A stretch of DNA of 63,118 nucleotides, the filler included, from Circinaria calcarea (Eukaryota): NCBI GenBank assembly GCA_051942165.1. It is 7 parts of 7 records of this genome, joined end to end, with 100 filler letters (N's around TTAATTAATTAA, not from the genome) between each part and the next. Parts side by side here need not be neighbours in the genome. Positions count along the whole stretch, not along the records: positions 1 to 8,954 come from JAVECS010001016.1; positions 9,055 to 18,002 come from JAVECS010001017.1; 5 more parts are not named here. The stretch is one strand, 5' to 3'. Of this stretch, positions 1-13,114 are shown piece by piece; within the stretch, counting starts at the first letter, position 1; the number at the start of each line of letters is the position of its first letter. Position numbers and translations under genes: made by a program. The notes under the pieces are model-generated. The model made no database searches. It worked only from the letters and a program-made list of their open reading frames with translations, and was not told where the DNA came from.

Positions 1-537
1 TTCACCCGCGGCAGCCTCAACATCCTGCCGCAGATCCTTTGCGACTGCCAGGGCGAGGATCACAAAAGGGAAATCGACCACACCAGGCCGGCCAACGTCA
101 TGGCACATTGGATCCATCATCTTCCGGCGGAAGTCACCCTGCCTCACAACGCTCAGACGATCATGGACCGCGACAGTCGCTTTCTCGATACCGTCAACGG
201 CAGGTTCAGGGATAGGGCAACAGACACACTCAACCGGATCAGGCACGGAATGGATCCAATTGATCCGGCGACCAATGTCCCCGAGCTAGACGACGATCCG
301 GATAGCCCGCCTGCACTCAGCGGGCCTAGTAGCCCCGACTCGGATTGGGACGAGACGCGAGGCCCGCCTGCACTTACATCCCACCCACCTAACGCTCGTC
401 GTCCGCGCATGGGGAGAAGGGAGCGCATGCCCATCGATAACGAGCCGATTTACGCCGAGGGGGAGATAATGGACGACAACTATGACCTTACCGAATGGGC
501 GCTGGGCAGTCTTGCTTTTCCAGGACAGCCGGAGTAA
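1..537 (+). CDS. 3' end of an unknown protein (frame open from the window start)
   Basis: Open GC-rich frame from base 1 to TAA at 535-537, followed by T-rich 3' sequence; no recognisable domain. Confidence 0.3.
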   Translation, partial: FTRGSLNILPQILCDCQGEDHKREIDHTRPANVMAHWIHHLPAEVTLPHNAQTIMDRDSRFLDTVNGRFRDRATDTLNRIRHGMDPIDPATNVPELDDDPDSPPALSGPSSPDSDWDETRGPPALTSHPPNARRPRMGRRERMPIDNEPIYAEGEIMDDNYDLTEWALGSLAFPGQPE

Positions 538-1068
538 ACTGCTTTTTTTTGGGTGTTGCGGTGTGTTCGTGGCGTTTTGCCATGTATAATATAGAATTGA
601 AATATGATGCGTATAAGGAAAGTCCCACCCATGTAGACTACAAAGAAATTGATGCCCTGGCATAGGTACCTTCACCTCCTATGTTTGTGCATAGTGCAAT
701 GAGCTTACCGATTCCACCCTAGTCGTTTTCCTCCAGTTCCCCTATCCCTAAAGCTGCGCAGGAGACATTATCGGATGGGTTTTTGTTTTCAGTCTTCTAG
801 AATAACCAAGTATCAATAGCGCCCTCTTCCCTCCCTGCAGCACACCCATGAGAGAAGTATGATAAGTCAAGAGAAGGCAAAAACACTTGTGACGTCCTGA
901 AGAAGTCCAATATAAATGCTTTGGTAATCATGGCAGTAAGAAGACGGAGTGCCAAGCTAACAGGCATTATTGCTATGGTTATGGTAAAAAGCTTCGAGGT
1001 AACCTATTTTACGAAGTTCATATAGAGGTTCGTGAGTGAATAGTCAATACTGTAATTCTTGGGCCAGA

Positions 1069-2012
1069 TCAAAACCGTTTTTCCAACGGATTATCTCCAT
1101 CAACCGGATCTGGTTTCCAGAAAATGGATACGTGCAGCGCTGATACATGCAAATCAAACTCGGGCATTTCGATCCAAGTTCGGCCTTTTAGGAAAGGCAC
1201 AAGAATATCATCGTATCGCGCTTGTGAATGACTGGTGTATCTAAGGTAGGAGTTAAAAGAATTACTTGCCGTTGAGATCTCTTGAAAGCATGTTAACTTA
1301 CGGAATACAGTACGATGGGTAATCTGGGAGATCGTTGCCAATAAATAGAGCGGGATAAGCCATATCAATCGCAGACTCAACAACGCTCCATTCATTACAG
1401 GGGGCGAACATGAAGGTAGTTTCAGTCATGAGGTTGAAGACTTCTGGATCCAGGACCACCGTATAGCCTTTCGACTGTAGCAATTCTTCGTCCAGAGCAT
1501 TGAAGACCGGTTCTTGAAAGTAAACAGTATCAATCTGATGCTTTCGCCCTGCAAGCGTTAAGACCATGTCAGTCTGAGTGGTCAGAGTTGATCTTACGGA
1601 GTATCTCCAGCATAGACTCGAAGGCGGCAAGCTGATAGAACGAAGCCGCCTCGAGCGTTGGACAGCCCGGTTTAGGGTGAGCAGTAAAGCTACCGAATCC
1701 GGTGCATACACAGGACTTTATTTCGAGGCTTTCGACCTTGAGTATAGTCTCCTCCAAGAACTTCTCTAGCTCTGCCCAACACGTTGACCTTTGGAAGCGT
1801 TGCCGGAAAATGTGGTACTTGTCTACTGCGTCTTGCAGTGTCATACCTTCGGGGACTTTGGCCGGACCTCGTCCGCCAACTATGTATTTCAGCTCATTGA
1901 TTGTTTGACCGGTCGGTCTTGTACCCTTCGTAACGTGTGTCCAGCCTTTGTCGTCTACCCAATGACGACGCTTCTCCTGCTGCTTGGGTATCTTGCGAGA
2001 GGGGTGGAGCAT
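1069..2012 (-). CDS. SRR1-like domain protein, 3 exons
   Basis: MLHPSRK..DDKGWTHV N-terminus; CVCTGFGSF, YQLAAF, VYFQEPVFNALDEELL, TTFMFAP and PALFIGNDL motifs across three ORFs joined by GT-AG introns (~1602-1550 and ~1302-1241). Confidence 0.8.
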
Positions 2013-3237
2013 CTTGCGCAACCAAGGGTTTGGTGCTGAAAAGTGAGATTGATCGGTCGAGCAGGAGGCAGCAAGTTATTCACTATTCAGGATTGTTGTG
2101 GTTTTCAGAATTTGCCTGTGATTTTCGGTTGGTGGCGGTCCTTCTATGTGGAAGAGGGGAGACGGCAGTTTCTGCTTTATTACACAAGACGCGATAACTG
2201 AAAGGCAATGGTGCTAAGATGCCAGAATTGCGGTCAGCCATGGTTAAGATTAGATTGGAATCTCTGAACGGAATGAATGGCATGAACACGAGATGCTCCC
2301 TGACAGGAAGCCGTACACAGTCAGGGTGCGGAGTATAGGTAGATGTTGAATTTGATATGGGATTTCCATACCTTTTGTTATTTTCGTTATTCGGACTGTA
2401 GAACAAAAGCTGCGCCCTTCTTCCGTACCCCGTATCCCGTACTCATTGGCCAACAACCGAGTACTCTAAATCCATAGCTCCGGGCTCGGCACGCTTATGC
2501 TGCTTGAAACGGTGGTCCGTGCAGATGAGCTAGAGCGGCCGCTAGCGCCAGGGCCGACTTCCCACTCCATCGTCGGCGGATGTTTGGATGCCACGATGCA
2601 GAAAACCCACCCCCAAATTCCGAGTGGCCCTGGACTTGCATTGATGCTGCGACACGGGAGTATATGTCCCGAAACCGTTGACTTAGGTACCGAGTACTGT
2701 TCTTTCGTTATCACGTCGCGCTTATACCCTCCGCACAGCCAAGCTTCGGGGCCGGTAATGTTGGAAGATGATTGGCCTAAACATCAAGCATTTAATAGGC
2801 TCGATCCCTCGAAGCGCCCGGCATTCTCCCCGCTTGACCACATCGTGTCTAGCCTCACTGTCCAATATCCCCATCGCGAGGCTGTCCTCGTCAATGAGTG
2901 GTCGACGGACCTTGTCGTCTGCAATGCACGGCGCTGCCAACCCCTCGAGTCCATCCAGCTGCTTCGGTCCATACAGCGTCCAGAGCGCCTCTAACGGGAC
3001 GGGCAGAGGTGGTGCTCTCTTCCAGCTACCCATTGAGGAGAGAGGAACACGCTGCTTGATCCGTGTGGGGGCACTCGGCGCCTTGTCGCTGGCGGTTACG
3101 GCGATGGACAAAAGAAGGCTCTCCCGTCGCTTTTGCCTGCCTCTTTTCTTGTCGTCGCTACAACTCATCATTGGCATTGTTGCTATAGAGTCGAATCTAA
3201 CATACTCGACTACCAAGAAGCAACGACCTTGCCCACA

Positions 3238-4071
3238 ATGTTTTCATCTAGGCCCAACCCACTTTCGATCGCCTTGTGCCTCCTCACCTTCTTCTCCCTC
3301 GTCTCTGCACACACGGTCATTACATACCCTGGGTGGCGAGGCAATAATCTACACACGACCGGAACGATTGCAGAATCGGATGGGAAGGGTGTAGGTCCGA
3401 ATGAGACATTTCCGTATGGGATGCAATGGATATATCCATGTACGCGACGCTGCCAACTGACAATGTCCTTCGCTCGCTGACATTCGACGGAACAGGTGGA
3501 GGAATGCCCTTGACCCAAAACCGAACAAAGTGGCCGGTCCGGGGCGGCGCGGTTGCGCTTCAGCCGGGCTGGTTTCCAGGTCATCCCACTGCCTTCTTCT
3601 ACATCAATCTGGGCGAAGGCAACGTTCCACCCAACATGTCCTTGCCTATGGTCCCGGTCTTCCAGATCGTGGGTCCGACGAAAGATCAGTACGAGGGTGA
3701 ATTTTGCTTGCCGCAAGTCCCTTTGCCTGCAGGCTACAATGCAAAGGTTGGCGACAATGCCACCATCCAAGTGGTAGAAACTGCTCTTCATGGTGCAGCG
3801 CTGTACAGCGTGAGTAGTCTAGCGACTCTGCCGATCTGAGTTGCTTCGCCAACTGACTTGGAAAACTCAGTGCGTTGACATTACATTTGCCGAGCCGGAA
3901 GACGTTGAGCAGGTCGGTCCAAACAACTGCTACAATACATCAAACATCGGCTTCCAGCTGGTATTCGCCACGACCAGTCTCTCGGGGGCATTTTCATCGC
4001 TATCGACACCGACCTCGCTCCTCGCGTCCTTGCCTCTCATGGCTGCAGTATTTTGGGGATTACTCTCGTGA
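3238..4071 (+). CDS. Secreted GPI-anchored BIM1/X325-like (LPMO-like) copper-binding protein, 3 exons
   Basis: Signal peptide ending VSA followed directly by His (HTVITYPGWRGNN); YPCGG, NRTKWP, PGH, FCLPQV, NATIQVV and LYSCVDITF motifs; Ser/Thr tract and hydrophobic C-terminal tail. Confidence 0.8.
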
Positions 4072-5226
4072 TCACTTAGCGCAAATTGCGACAAATGTTT
4101 CTTAAAGGCAACCAAGTTCCACTGTCTTGATACGATGTATGGGTAGGCCAGGCGTCTTATTACGGTTGCACCTGGAGATCGGTTTGGGGGGGCTATCGGG
4201 CACAACTTGGTGAGGGGATATTCAGGCGCACGGATGGGGTTGGATCTCTTGATATACCACTTTCTCATCAAACTTTACTACAGCAGGAAAAGCAGCTTTG
4301 TACATAGATACCCATTCTGCTAAACCGGCGTGCCTAAAGCCGCCTGGATCAAGACGATATCTCATAATCGCATCGGCGCCTCATTCTAATCCAAGAACTC
4401 GGTTTGATTGTCTTCTTATTGAATATTTAACTCCGGTTGGCTGTCTTGACTCTGAGCTGCTTCCTTTCCTCATGCCAGGATATTGGAAATGCATGATTCC
4501 AGGGTGCGGCGTAGACAGACAGAAGAGGTTCTAGGGAAGCAGATGTGTAGATAACGCTGTAGCGCAAAGGCACTTTGGCATTTCTAAACTCCAACTCAGG
4601 ATGATCAGAGGCACGGTTTACGCCCGGCCAATACTCCGTACGAAGATATGCATGGTGCCGTGGTTTTCCAAGGTAATGCTGCCCGTATTTCGAGGCTAAG
4701 CATTTTTCTATCATCAACCTTTTGTTGATCATAACTCATCTCGGAATCCTGAATCCGGCGGCGATTCTTCTGGATGAGCCAAAACTCTCAAGAGGTGATA
4801 TCATCTAAGGGCTTTGCCTCACATCCATTTAACAGGATCATGGTTGCCCAACACCCACAGCCTTGTAACTCCAGTCCGTTTCAGCTATACGGTTCCTTCC
4901 CTCAAATATACGCTTTAGGTTCGATAGGTATGCTACCTTAGGGGGGGCTTAGCAGGATCGTCCGGCTGTGTGTGGCAGAGTGTTCTTTGGACATAGGATA
5001 TTTACGTCCATCGCTATGCATATGGGGTGGGGTGCTGATCTTTGATCAAGGGCGTATAAACTGAATATATAATTGAAGCCTGATTCAGCTGTCTTCTTGT
5101 CTTTACACACGTTATATCGATATTTCTAGCCGGCTGCAGAGAGGTTTATCAATTTTCTTCCTACGACCACTTCTTACAATACCCGTTAGGATTAGTGCCT
5201 TGGTCGAGTTTAAACGTCTCAAGAGT

Positions 5227-6830
5227 ATGGAGCACGTTATCACTAACACCATCGACATTACACAAAGACCTTTGATTCATGAAACTCCCTTTGACGATAT
5301 CACGCCTACTGATGTTAGTGAGCATGGCAAGCCAGCGGCCGAAGAAAAGGAAGAAGACCAGTAAGCACAGCTTATAATCCCTGGTCTCAGCATAAAATCT
5401 GATCTTCCTCTATGAGTAACAGCAGACACCTTACCCCCAAAACTTTCCCAAAATCAGGGAGCTCAAGAGGGAAAAGAGAATGCAGAAACGGACTTGCCTT
5501 TGTTGCGCTCTTCTTCGTTTCCATTCTGCTGTACCCGCTTTTAAGTGCCCATCGTGATTGGGTATTTGCACCCAGTCAGCGTGCCGTATCCACATGCAAT
5601 AGCCTTATTCAGAATGAATACTCCGGGAGCTCTTGGAGTGTCTTCACTCTTGACTTGGTATACGGCACTATGTCTTTCCGTTGCGCTAAGTTCGTGGACG
5701 TTTTATGGGATGTCGGTTTCGGACGTGGGACTCAAATGCTGTTGGCATGGAGTACCTATAAAGTTCTTGCTGCGTCACTGATTTGGATCATGGAAAGCCA
5801 TCCGGTTCCCTATCAGTTATTTGTCACCCTTACGATGTCGCCATTGGAAATCGCATCTCTTATTCCTCTAGGTGCTTTTGCATTGTCCAAAACCACTGCC
5901 CAACAGAAAGCTTTGACAATCTGGATGACCCTTGCTATTATGTGGGTTATCATATATCCCACTATTGCAAGTGCCATGACTGGATACATCAACATGGTGG
6001 ATCCTGAGAAGGAGGCCCTTGTGAAGTTACATCAGCCAGAAAGCACCATGGGCCTCGTTCAATTCTTGTCCATCGCCAACATTGCCTTCCAGTATGCGAC
6101 CCCTCAGCAAAGTCAGGGATACCATATTGCTTTAGCCTCCCATTTTGGAATTGATAACGCAAGCATCATAACCAAGGATGGGCCTAGCCCTTCATTATGG
6201 GAATCTCTCAATACCAAATTCTCTAAATTACACTACGTCCCAAAAGATAATGAGACCATCTTTCTTTCAATTTATGACAATCACGCTGGACCAAAACTTG
6301 ATGGTGGCAAGTTAAATGGAGATAGATCCCACCCTGGAGATACGCTAGAGAGAAATTACCAGGGAGCTCACTTCAAATATTTTCGTCGTGTAAACAACGA
6401 AAGCTATTTATGGGATTATACTAACGCGCTTGATAATGTTCACTGTATACAAGGTCTTAGGTATCAATGGGGGTTTTCAAGTGTACTGACCATTACGTTT
6501 CTCATATGTAATACTATTTGGCTTGTCGGTATCTGGATTACATGGGTATCACTACAGAACAGAAGCCAGTTTGCGAAAAAACGTCGTGAAATGGGCAAGT
6601 ATAGAGCTGCTGTCGACGTGGCAGAAGCTATTGGGTACGAGCTTGGTCCGAACCTCTCTGCATTATCAGACTCGGCGCTTGAAGCGGCGTTGAAAAAACG
6701 ATCACCTATCCGTTACCAATTGATGGAAAGGCCAGAGGTTGGAAATGAGAAATATCCCCGGATCGCGCTATCTTCACAGAACCCAGGTGGCGAGCGCGTC
6801 AAACTGGAATTCGATAGAGAATACGTCTGA
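5227..6830 (+). CDS. Fungal multi-pass membrane protein of unknown function
   Basis: 472-aa ORF with several hydrophobic segments (AKFVDVLWDVGFGRGTQ, YQWGFS). An upstream exon from ATG 5227 joins in frame through intron 5361-5422 (GTAAGC..CTGAT..CAG). Confidence 0.7.
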
Positions 6831-8105
6831 GACGTATCTCCCTACCACAAATGGCAACTTTTACGGCAAGTAGGAGAAACATGAAAGATTATTAAGAAAA
6901 CATGCTGATAACAGCCTAGCTCGCATTTCTAGTACCCACTGTTACAGAAAACAACAAAAGTTGGAAGCTTTATTGCATATGTTTTAGAATCACTCCACAT
7001 ATCCCAGCCAGCTTGAAATTTGTGGGATCAGAGATATATGCTCATTAAGTACAGTTTCTTTGGACTTATAATACCACTTCCTAAGACCTCAGTCTACCAT
7101 ATACTGGATCTCACTCCGATAATCCATATAAGCTGTCCCATTGAAAACAACCATATCCAGCGAAACAAAAATGTGTGAGAGTGCTGCTCCTTTCGCGATA
7201 GTATCTTTAGCAGTAGGAGTACTCGGAGAATCTTGCCCATCCTCCTATTCAGTCTCCTACAGAACCCTGCCAGGATCGCGCCCCACTTACCGGCATCATT
7301 CGAGCTTGGACATTGGATATAGCTAGCGCCCGAGGTCCCACTGTGGTTGTAGGTCCACGTACGATGCGCGAGCATGTCGCTATAATAATCTTGATACAAC
7401 GCGTCATCGTCGTTGGCAGATAGCCCCTCAGAACCCCAGCGATGGCACTGGCCGGGAGGTCTACGAACTTGCCAGTCACTACAAAGGGGCGGACACGTCT
7501 GCAGCAGAATTTTGGACTTCGAATGGCTCGTTGAATAAGGCGATGTCGATGTTTTTGGGATCGCGGTGGTTGTAATCATTGCGTAAGGGGGGATGCCAAC
7601 GGGGTTCATATCGAGTGGTTACAAAGCAAGTAGAGAGCATATTGCGTTTGAAAATAAGCTTGCTCAAAGAAATTGTGTACCACCTTTAAACCTTACCTCA
7701 GGACCACAACTTAATGCTCTTCAATACGAGATTTATCACTTCACCATTTGTTCCCAGAGCATACTCGGTTGATGAAAGATGTCTCGTAACTATCAAATAG
7801 GCGGTTCAAGAGCGTGCCGCGCGCCTATATTATACAATAAATAGAAGCTACTGAATGCGCGTGTACGCGTAATCAAATCATGGAGGGAATATCACCAGAA
7901 TTGGGTTTAAATCTCAACAGCGCTACTTTTGGTGGTCTGGTGGTTCCCCCTCCTATTTCTACTACCTCTGAGTATGGAACGATCATCTGGGCGCTAGTCA
8001 ATATTATACAGTGCTGCATTCAGCCAATAGATAGTCCCAAATATCCACGAAGAAGGTCAGATGTCTGGAGTTGGTGATGACCCAAATTAGTTTCTTCTAG
8101 GAAGT

Positions 8106-8269
8106 TGTCACGTAGTGAAAGGCGTGCTCTCAAGTGCATAGTATGTGTATTCAGTGTAAGATGGAAGTGTGTAGCTAGAATGGCTACACGAAGCTAAATA
8201 CATGGCCCGTAGGGCTGCGCGGGCCGACGTGCACCCGTCAGGGGGTGGCCTAGGGCTGACCCCATGACA
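8106..8269. mobile_element. Solo LTR (164 bp) with 5-bp target-site duplication
   Basis: TGTCACG...CATGACA termini flanked by GAAGT on both sides (8101-8105, 8270-8274); related copy at 16755-16905. Confidence 0.85.
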
Positions 8270-8328
8270 GAAGTAATCCAGGCGACCCGGCTCAAGCGTT
8301 TAAACCATTACTCCTGCGCGCCGAATGA

Positions 8329-8954
8329 ATGGTCCCCTCAACAGAAGAGCTCCAATTGGATGGGAACAAGAGCGCGCCGAAGGGCAAGGATGACGCTAAG
8401 AAGAGAAGAAGGAGAGGTGCTCCAAAGGTAAGGAGCGGATGTTCGACTTGCAAGTAAGTTCTCTCAGCATTAATCTGAGCCTTCCCGTGTATGAGCTGCC
8501 AGCCAATATCCATCGACATGGCAGGAAGAGACACGTCAAATGCGGCGAGGAAAGACCAGTCTGTCAGCAGTGCAAAAGTCAAGGCTGGACCTGCGATGGA
8601 TATGCTTCAGATCAACAGCTGGGAGTCGCCAAGTACACTCGTCCACCATCGACTACGTCTCGGACCAAGGTAACTCAGCTTGCCAAAGCTCTATCTACAA
8701 TCCCTATCGGATTTGACCAAGACAGAGAGTACTTCCATCACTTTTACACCCAAGCTGCACCGGATTTCGCCTGCTACTTTAGCTCGACCTTCTGGACCGC
8801 GTATATCCCACAGAGCTGCAGCACCAGGCCTGCCGTCTTTCTAGCGGTTGTGGCTGTTGGAGCCCTTCATCATGCTTATCTCCAATCCGAAAGTGTTCAA
8901 GCAAGCTGTGACGGGCAAATGTACTCCCCCGTATTGCATACGAAGAAGTACAAT
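8329..8954 (+). CDS. Zn(II)2Cys6 transcription factor, 5' part truncated at the contig end
   Basis: KVRSGCSTCK/intron/KRHVKCGEERPVCQQCKSQGWTCDGY binuclear cluster, then a YFHHF..FW..AVVAVGALH middle region. Confidence 0.85.
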
Positions 8955-9054
8955 NNNNNNNNNNNNNNNNNNNNNNNNNNNNNNNNNNNNNNNNNNNNTT
9001 AATTAATTAANNNNNNNNNNNNNNNNNNNNNNNNNNNNNNNNNNNNNNNNNNNN
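8955..9054. other. Artificial contig linker N44-TTAATTAATTAA-N44
   Basis: All-frame-stop spacer embedded in Ns; identical at six places. Confidence 0.97.
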
Positions 9055-9480
9055 GAATCTACTACGGTATTTAACCGGATATAGTATAATTTAGGGATAT
9101 TTAATACGCGACGTTTCGCTGCACACTTTCTCCACACGCGATTTAATCACAATATTAACCTATTTTTACTGCTTTGCAAGGCTTGTTCTTATATAATCGC
9201 AAAACCTAAGCTGAGTTCATAACATGCTCCGCATTACCTCATAATTTAAAACCACGTTCGAAGTCATCGCAGCTCCTCTCCACGCTATTATCCGATGGAA
9301 GGGGGTTTCCATTGGGCTTGTTGTTGGCGCAACTGGTAAAGAGCTTTAAATTTCAGAGGGTTAGAAGGGTTCTGGGGGCGTTGAAGGGTTAAAAGAATTA
9401 TAACGGATTAATTGGCGAAGGAAGAGGGACTTTATAATTAATATAACCAGTAACTAAGACAGCTCCAGTGTTCTTATATC
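9055..9480. mobile_element. AT/TpA-rich degraded repeat relic (RIP-like)
   Basis: Visible TpA excess and no ORFs at the contig edge; family not identifiable. Confidence 0.45.
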
Positions 9481-10476
9481 GTATGTATATTTCGGTTTTA
9501 TTTTGCCGCACAATAAGCTCCTATATCGCTTACGCCAGATTGCTGAGATTGGGATCTCTTGGCAATACAGTTTTCCTTGCACCTGCCAATTTAGATGGCC
9601 TTCATTACGGAGTAGTCTTGCAGACCACCAGAATCCGCCATATACTCCCTCTTAAAAGGATCTTCCCTGCGTCTCCGAAGCCTGTGGATGTGCCTGGGTT
9701 ATATATTCATCGCATTCCCTGAGATTGATCTTTTCTATTCGTCCGCTCAGCATAGCAACAACTTATGTTTGTCGGGGACACACCTATTAGGGAACCTAAT
9801 GGTCAATGACCTACGGGACCCCGGACCTGCACTTTGTCGGCACAGGGCATTTTATATCATACAAAAGAGGCTTACCGGGGATGTCGTAATGAGGAAAACA
9901 ATGTCCGTTCTCGCAGATCAATCAGGTGGTTACAGTGCACTTAATTTGACAGCCTTGCCCTGAGTGTTCCTGCATGTTTGGCGGCCATTACATGTAATTG
10001 TTGGCATGCTTCTATCCTGCTATCAATCCACTTGACAACTGCTCCGAGTCTTCTTTTTTCAACAGGGTAAGCCTCCTCTGCCAATCATCTGGAATACACC
10101 CAATTTATATATGTGCATCTCGACAAATGTAGCTCCATAATTAGTTCTAGCCACCGGTCTAACCGGGCTCTGAGGTTCTACAAGCATTGCCCGGCCTGGG
10201 AGCTAGTAGTATGTCTTGCAGTAGAAACCAAGACGGGAGAGAGCCACCAGACCACAAAAAGTAGCGCTATTAAGATCTGAACCCAATTCTGGTTATATTC
10301 CCGCCGTGAAGCCTTCTGCGCACACTCTGCTTCCAATATGTTTTCAATAGTAATCTCCGCTGTGCCGGTATCACCGGAGTGCGCCCAAATCTGGCAAAGT
10401 CTATTCAGCAGATATAGCAGTTGGTATAATCGCCGATATTAAGCGATGGTATGACTCACTGGTCCCCGCCAAGCCC

Positions 10477-13114
10477 TCAGTCTCCCTCTACCCGATTATG
10501 GACGTCCTTTCCATGAGTATCTATGTCATTAGTATCATCGTTCCAGTGAAGGTACGGAGCTGTATTATTGCTGTTCGGCGAGACCACATCTTTTGATTCG
10601 TTATTTGGATTAATATCCGTTACGCTAGAATTCCTGGGTATCAAACGGAAAGCTTCATCGTCGGAATCATAATCGAATTCGCTTCGCTCAGCGAATTGAT
10701 TTGCTGATAAGAGCATATCCGAATTCGCCTTTTTCTTTTCCATCCTCTCATCGGTATCTGACATGGACCTTGAGCCTTGACTAAGAGTGTCTTGGCTGGG
10801 CAGGATGGAGAGCTCCGCGTCGTCCTCGCTACTATCCCCTTGATCGAGTGCTTTTATGCGAGGCAGACCCTCATCACCGTCTTCGCTAGAATATTCAACA
10901 TAGTCAACAAGGTATTTCGTACAGTGACTCTCATCAAACAAATTGTAGTCCCAGTCATATTCACCGTCTTCAGACTTTTCAAAGTTGGAGCCATTGTCGT
11001 GACTGCAGACGTCTTCATCGCTATCGTAGTCAGACGTCAGTAACAACGCAGGGTCCCCCTCCCTCGCATCCCTTGTAGGCTGAAGTAGGGGAAGCCGGTA
11101 CTGCCGTTTCATTCGGCCAAATATCTTTGCGTCTCGATGGGCGCTTTTCGGTAGCTGAACGATTTTGTGGCACGAGGGATCAATGACCTTGTTGAATGGG
11201 GTTGCCAAATATCGGTGAACACCAGGTGTTTGAGAGGTGATAACTATCTTACATATTATCGACTCGACCATGGTGAGATCTTTGACGAAATCCAGCAGGC
11301 TCTCGAACCTCTCAACCTCTTCGCCGTTGCGGCTTATTCTCGCATATAATGTGTCAATTCTGTCTATCACAACATATAGACACGGCGGTTTGACAATATA
11401 TAGGCACTGCTGAAAAAGCTTCCGTAACTCCGGAAGATCGTTTGCAGCTTCCTCAAATCGCCGTTGAGTAAGATGTTGCTGGCGGCAGACTTCATATGAA
11501 AACGCACGACTATGTACCAATATCAACTGACTTAAAATTGATTGGAGCAACATTCCAGGGCTGCTGCAATGTAGAGGCTGCTCTCCTGAGAAATGTCGCA
11601 GAACAGTTATTTGATCAAGGCTCTGTGTAGCTCCGATGATTTCTAGGCAAAAATTCGTGGACCAATCCGACTTTCCGCGGTCCATACTACCCTCAACCCA
11701 AATCAGCCGCGATTGTTTGCTCTCTATCCACGAAAAGATCTCAGGATTGGATTGTAGAATTCGGGTGTAAATGGTCGAATCCTCGATAGGGTAACGTTGC
11801 AAGCAATTGTTCAGATCTTGATCCGTTACACCTATTGCTGGAAAAACACGATCAAAAAACTTCCGCGCGTTATTCGTTGGTCGTACAAATTCAGCGAGGA
11901 AAACCTCCGGGGTATTTGCTATTACCGTAGGTTGGAAGGCAGCTAGAAGCGTTGCAGTATCTGATAGAATCAGCATAGTAAATGATCAATGGCGGGACAA
12001 ATACCATGTTTCAAGCTCGAATAATCTAGTCCGATTTGCTGCACGAAAGCCTTCATTCCCTGTTGGAAGCTAATTGTATTGTCTGCCTTTTCTGCGATCG
12101 TTCGAAGGAAGGCCATTTGTGTTTCTCCATAGCCTATCTGGCATTGCAATATCGCCGATTGCCGCCTCTGGATGGACTTCTGTCCTAGACCCAAATTGAC
12201 CGTGTTATCAAGGATTCGTTCCACAGCAATATTCTGGCCTAAAGCTGCGATTCCATTTACCCGTGCAACATTTGCTTCAATATTCTTCACGAAGTGCTGA
12301 AACCTAGTTTCCCATGGGCTTATAACGGCTTTAAAGGCTGCGACTGTGTCCTTATCAGCCCAGTCAGAATCATGATTATAATTTGTGGCCCAATACCTGC
12401 TCTGTTTTCATTATAATACCGAATTGCTTCTAATAAGAATGCCTCACAACCCACGTAAACCTGCGTCACCGCTTTCACCATATCCGCAGATGGCTGCAAC
12501 TCTACAATCACTTTCATTAAAGAAAGGTGGGACCCAACTTCGTCCAAGGTTTGTATGACACCATCCTTAAGTTTTGCATTGTTAACGCTTGCCAGCAAGA
12601 GAAGCTTCACAGCTCCCCAAACAGCCGTGGTATATTCAGGTGCTTGATTATTAAGCACATCAAAAAGACTCTGATAATAATGAGCAATATCGCAAAATTT
12701 GGCATATCTTGAGCTTAGACTCCTCTTCCAAGGTGTTCTGCTTGCTCTGGCTTCCCGCTTGATTTGTGCCTCTTTTGCCTCTTTAATGGCTTTTTCGAAA
12801 TCCTGTTTCACTGCGTAGTATCGTTTTTGATCTTCCTTGGTCATAGTTCGTTCGAAGTTGAGAACTTCCTGTGCTAACGCTGCGCGGGACTTGTGCATGT
12901 CTGGACTAATAAGGCTTATTAGTACAACATGTAGGCAGGGTATACAATCTCCATGCGAAGCTTACTCCTTAGTAATGGCACTAGCCCATCCATTCGCAGA
13001 CCATAGGGCCATGCCGTTACTCGGATTTGCTGAGCTCTGAGATGTCTCATCCCGAGGAATCAGCGATCGTTTTTGCTCGCCCTGTGTTTGCTGCCGGAAA
13101 TCAAGAGAGGCCAT
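10477..13114 (-). CDS. NACHT-like STAND P-loop NTPase with helical N-terminal domain (DUF7708-like) and acidic disordered C-terminus, 4 exons
   Basis: QAPEYTTAVWGAVKLLL N-domain; LIWVEGSMDRGKS (GxxxxGKS); LLQSILSQL; Walker B LYVVIDRID; KIVITS. ATG 13114 with GT-AG introns linking the three track ORFs. Confidence 0.8.

Noticed and set aside
2466..3230. Several overlapping 160-210 aa ORFs on both strands
   Set aside because: No domain signal; consistent with a GC-rich divergent promoter or 5' UTR.
7094..7667. Protein-like fragments in three minus-strand frames
   Set aside because: Possibly a pseudogene, but I could not assign a family or a coherent exon structure.
8999..9010. TTAATTAATTAA recurring every ~9 kb as a biological repeat or piggyBac-type TTAA site
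   Set aside because: Always centred in 88 Ns; it is an assembly linker.
9500..10000. Cys/His-containing minus-strand fragments with stops
   Set aside because: Too degraded to identify.
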